This document shows, piece after piece, positions 59,881-64,000 of a stretch of DNA of 64,000 bases. The notes under the pieces are model-generated. The model ran no database searches, was not told where the DNA came from, and saw only the letters and a program-made list of their open reading frames with translations. A program made the translations under genes and the position numbers. Each line of letters begins with the position of its first letter. Positions within the stretch are counted from its first letter, which is position 1. Source of the DNA: the human T2T-CHM13v2.0 reference genome, Homo sapiens; assembly GCF_009914755.1 (NCBI RefSeq), contig NC_060925.1, one strand, 5' to 3'.

Positions 59881-61502
59881 GTTAAGAAGAGAAAAAACAT
59901 ACAGAAGTCCTACTCTGTATCGATCTAACATTCTATCTACTTCTCCTCTGTCCTCCTTTCATGTCTTCTTATCACCTCTTTGTCATTCCCATCTCCAGCT
60001 TGGAACAACTCTCCTGTTTTTTGACAATTGTTACAAGCCTCGTTCCATGCCCATCATGTAAAAGAAAATTCTTCTGTGAATCACATAGATTTGTAAAGCC
60101 CTCCCCTAGAGTCCACCATGTTTGGAGCCACCTGTCATGCACATTCATTTCTTAATTGTTCATGTGTTTGTTCTATTTCCAAGAAGATGATTAGTTCTTT
60201 GAAAGTATTATGTTTAATTATGTTTCAGGATTCTTCCAGCACCTACTTAGCCAAACAACATTGTAGATGCTCAGTAAATAGCTGTTGACTGACTTTAAGT
60301 TCTAGATAAACTGTTAAATTTAGCTTGAATTGGACCTCATGCATCTGAGGTCCTGGGAGGTGGCCAGGGTGGGGTATGCATAAGGAAATGGTTATTCCGT
60401 CTAAAACAGGAATGAGTTTACCATGACTTTTTATCATTTACCATGGCCTAAGCTGGAGATTTTTCTTGTCTCATGCTCAAAAGACTACAAATTATCTCAC
60501 ATATTTGAAAAAAAAAAAAAAAGGACTTTCTACACCATTTTCATCTAAAAATTTAGAACCATCAGCCAAGCTCAGCTCAAATAGCATATGCATGAAAGCA
60601 ACTGGCAGAATTAGGACAGATAGAAGAAATCAGTGCCCAAACCAAGAAAGAAGGCTTTTCAAGGCAAGGCTCTGTGTCCTAGGAAGCCTGGGAATCTCAG
60701 AAGACACTGCCACTTGCTATGGGACAAAGATCTCTGCTCTGCAGAGAATTAGCTCTGCAGAAAAACTAACACGATTTAGAAGCCAGACTTGAATCGAGTC
60801 AGATCGTGCTTTATGGAGCAGAGCTAGCTGAGGCACAATTTTTCCAACAGGCAAAGTTGGCCCCGAGTTCCCTTGCAACTCCCGTCTGCACCTATCCTTC
60901 TTCTTCTAATCAAGCACCCTCCAGGTAGGTCTCCCTGCAGACTGATGGATTCCAGGGCTCCCAACGGGCCCCGCCCAGTCCTGCTTTGCTTAATGATCAC
61001 TCACATTCTCTAACTCTCATTCCAAATGCTCAGTTTGTGAAATATTCCACCCCCCCACCATTTATAAGCAATCTGATAAACTCTCTGAACTGTGAAACTT
61101 CTGAGCAAAAGGGTTACATAGAGATTATTTCATCTCAGTCCCTTAGACCAAACCAAGGCCACAGAGCTGGCGTGATTTGCTCTAGGACCCCACAGTGAAG
61201 TAGTAGCCAACTGGGACCACCCTGAAGCCTCATGATTGGCTAACCATTGCACCATTGCTCTTCCTGCCACACCATTCAGTAACAGTCAACAAATATTCAC
61301 TGAGCATGAACTACATGCCAAACCCTCTGCTAAACTGAAAAATTGGGATCATCAAGACGTGAGACTAATTGAACCTCAATATTGTTCATCAAATCATTTA
61401 TTCATTCAATAAGAATTAAGTGAATATATGCTGTGTTATAGATTCTGCTTAAACACTCATCCCAGAAATAGCTGAAATTAAATCATTGCAATGGCATTGT
61501 AC

Positions 61503-62042
61503 TGTATCCACTTAACTAACCTTGAGCTAAGATTCCCAACACTCCCTCCTACAGTTGGTGCAGGTTAGGGTTAACCTCAAGAGAAGTTTGCCTGAGATTC
61601 AGAGGGCAAAAGTGAAGTAGCAGCCATTATGTTCTGAAGGTGGATGTAGGTACCAGTGGCTGTTGTAGCAAATCTGTGGGATCACCCTGTCAGTGTAAGC
61701 CTGCAGCCAAACCTGCAGCTGTACCAGCCGCCACCGCATTTCCTGCTTCAGGTTCTGCATATCAGGTTTGGAGGTGGTAGGGGATGGTCGTAGGTTCCAG
61801 ATTGTCCTCTCAGTTGTGTTTGTTCTTTGTCTTCTGTGCTATTTCATGCCCAGCTTATTATTCCCCAGCTGCCAGCTCTGCAGAGGTACAGCAACTTCAG
61901 GTTCGCCATCAGACCAGACAAAAGGATAACAGTCTTCCTTAGACTTCTTCACCAGCTCCCACAGTTGCATGAGATCGAATAATAAACCCCCTATTCCATG
62001 TCACTCATACTGGATCTCTATTTCTGATTGAACGTTGATACA
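61503..62042 (+). mobile_element. LTR41-like ERVL LTR
   Basis: 3' end ctcccacagttgcat...aataaaccccctattccatgtcactcatactgg...tgataca. Confidence 0.5.
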
Positions 62043-64000
62043 GAAAAATACCCTTTTAAATATTCTTTAATTTAGCCTTTCTGAAACATGAGTAATGCAT
62101 GAACTCATTTAAAAAAAAAAAACCTTGTAATTTCCTAGTGTTTACTTAAATTATTATTATCATGACCTTACCTAAACAGGTACATATATTAATCAAAACA
62201 TGTAACTATAAATGAAAATAAACTTTATAAATAAAATTCACATCAGTTACACTAATTTAATGTTCCTGATAATGTCATTGTGCTGAAATGAAGTCATGAA
62301 TGAATCCGCAGTACAGGTTCTTTTGCTATCCCAAGCCTGTAGCACTGGGCACTATGTGGTGTCTGAATACTCCAGGTCCTTTTCTATGTTTGAATTACTG
62401 CAAAGCCTTCTCTCACACAGCTTTCTGGGATGTCATTTGGCTCACTTGGTGCAAACACATCACGCAGTTATCAACTGAAACTCTAGGCTCCCTAGTAAAT
62501 ATTAAAAAGTTAACTTTACCAGAGCCCAGGTCTTCTTGTTCAATCCCCCCCTCTCCTTCACATTGCTCTCTGGAGACCCCACCCTGTCCAGGCGTAGCTG
62601 GATTCCTCATCCTGGCAGCTAAGTCTATCTTTCCCAAGAGAACAAGGCATTCAGCCTCCTACGCACAAGAGTTGCTGGCCAAGAGAAAGCCGATTCGTTA
62701 TTGGAGATGAGAGAGCAACACACCCAACCCTGCCATATGTTGGAAAATCCAATAAAAGAGTAAATAATATCTTTCCTGATTCTTTGTAATAATCAGAATA
62801 ACCAATGGCCACCATCACTGTGTAACTTCCAGTTATCTGGAAATTGCAGCCTGCAAGAGCTAGCCCTGGTAAGCTCCACATTCACACTAAGAAGCCTGCG
62901 ATAGGTGTGAAAACCTCAGCACATCTACTGGGTCCCCTTTCCTGCCTGGAAAGCCACAGGGCATCTAAAGGCATGTCAGCCATACAAGGCACTGTGAGGC
63001 TGCTCTGAAGTTGTATTTAACCTCCATGCACCTCTGCAATCATACTGTCCTAGCAGAGACATTTGCAAAGCCTCAGACACACAATACATTTGTGATAATG
63101 GCCATTTCCAAAGGCTGGCTTACTTGTTGCATTTCTATATGTGGAATGTGATTAAAACTTGTGCTTAAATCTCATTCTTTTCTTCCTTTGTTTCCCTTGG
63201 CTCAAATGATCATCAGCGAAGCAGTAAAGCAGTTTATGGGACTCCGCCACCTCCCAAGATAAAATTATAAATCAGAGCTAATTTGTTCAGATGCATTAAT
63301 GGATGATTGACTCATAATGAGTTAGAATGTGGGAAGGGCAGCATCAGACCTTGGTGACACACCAAGCCACCCTGGTTGGTTCTATTCTCACGCCCAAGGG
63401 AGGACACTACAGGACTGGGGCTCCCAAAGCTGCGTTGTTAGATCCTCCAACCAAATAAGAATGATTGTTTCCCTGAAAAATCTGCTGCCATTCTTGGGAT
63501 GTTCAGGCACCTCCTGTAAGGCTCATCCTCACTGTGGAAAGTTATTGAATGTGGTGAAGTCAATTACAAAAAAGAAGGATGATCACAGTCAATAACAGCT
63601 GACATGTCCCTCATGTGCCAGGCATCACCCTTGATCTTTAGCCAACTGTCTCCTATTTCGTATTCATTTTTCAAATAAACAGCTGGGGCTTAGGAAGGTG
63701 AGGCACCTTGCCTGCCCTCCTAGGTAGGTAAGTGAGGAAGCTGGCTCACTCTAACCCCAAAGCCCCACTCTTGACCACTAACTGCACCATTCTTCACTGA
63801 GCACAGTGAGTTTGCACAGTTCCACGCTTCTCTGGCATTTTTGAATCCTATGAGAACTTTAAATCCCTTTCACCTGCTCATTTCTAATTAAATGAAAAAC
63901 AAGCCTCCTTGTGTATATATTTTTATATTTCTTTGGAAACATCTTTTTTACATTTACAGCCAAGAGTGGTCTGAGCCCCAGTATGTGCCAAATGAGATAT

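Noticed and set aside
60780-60985. GC box (ccccgccc) and scattered CpGs as a promoter
   Set aside because: CpG density far below island level; a single motif is uninformative
63305-63325. AP-1 site within a short palindrome (also TGACTCA near 23085, 50452, 53622)
   Set aside because: 7-mers of this kind are expected several times by chance in 64 kb

Overview
Repeat-rich, non-coding primate genomic DNA (AluY, AluS, AluJ, L1PA, L1PB, THE1 and MST elements; consistent with human or another catarrhine). I recognise no cellular protein-coding exon, CpG island or tRNA, and I cannot name the locus. Every ORF in the track that matches a known protein is a LINE-1 ORF2 remnant; the rest are Alu, low-complexity or chance frames. 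Content: about 16 Alus, about 10 L1 fragments, several solo LTRs, MER/Tigger DNA-transposon fossils, MIR/L2 relics, microsatellites and a 3'-truncated 5S rRNA retropseudogene. L1s and LTRs are strongly biased to the + strand, which suggests the window is intronic to a minus-strand transcript, and there are a few candidate minus-strand exons. The most interesting sequence-level observations are: a TSD-flanked, poly(A)-tailed ~300-bp insertion that is not a young L1/Alu (candidate orphan transduction or retrocopy); a twin-primed L1 inside a THE1 LTR; a template-switch inverted repeat in an L1PB; and a 35-bp-arm hairpin at an LTR 5' end. I see no evidence of a new multi-gene system. Repeat subfamily names come from recalled consensus sequences and need RepeatMasker/Dfam confirmation; boundaries of old repeats are approximate.
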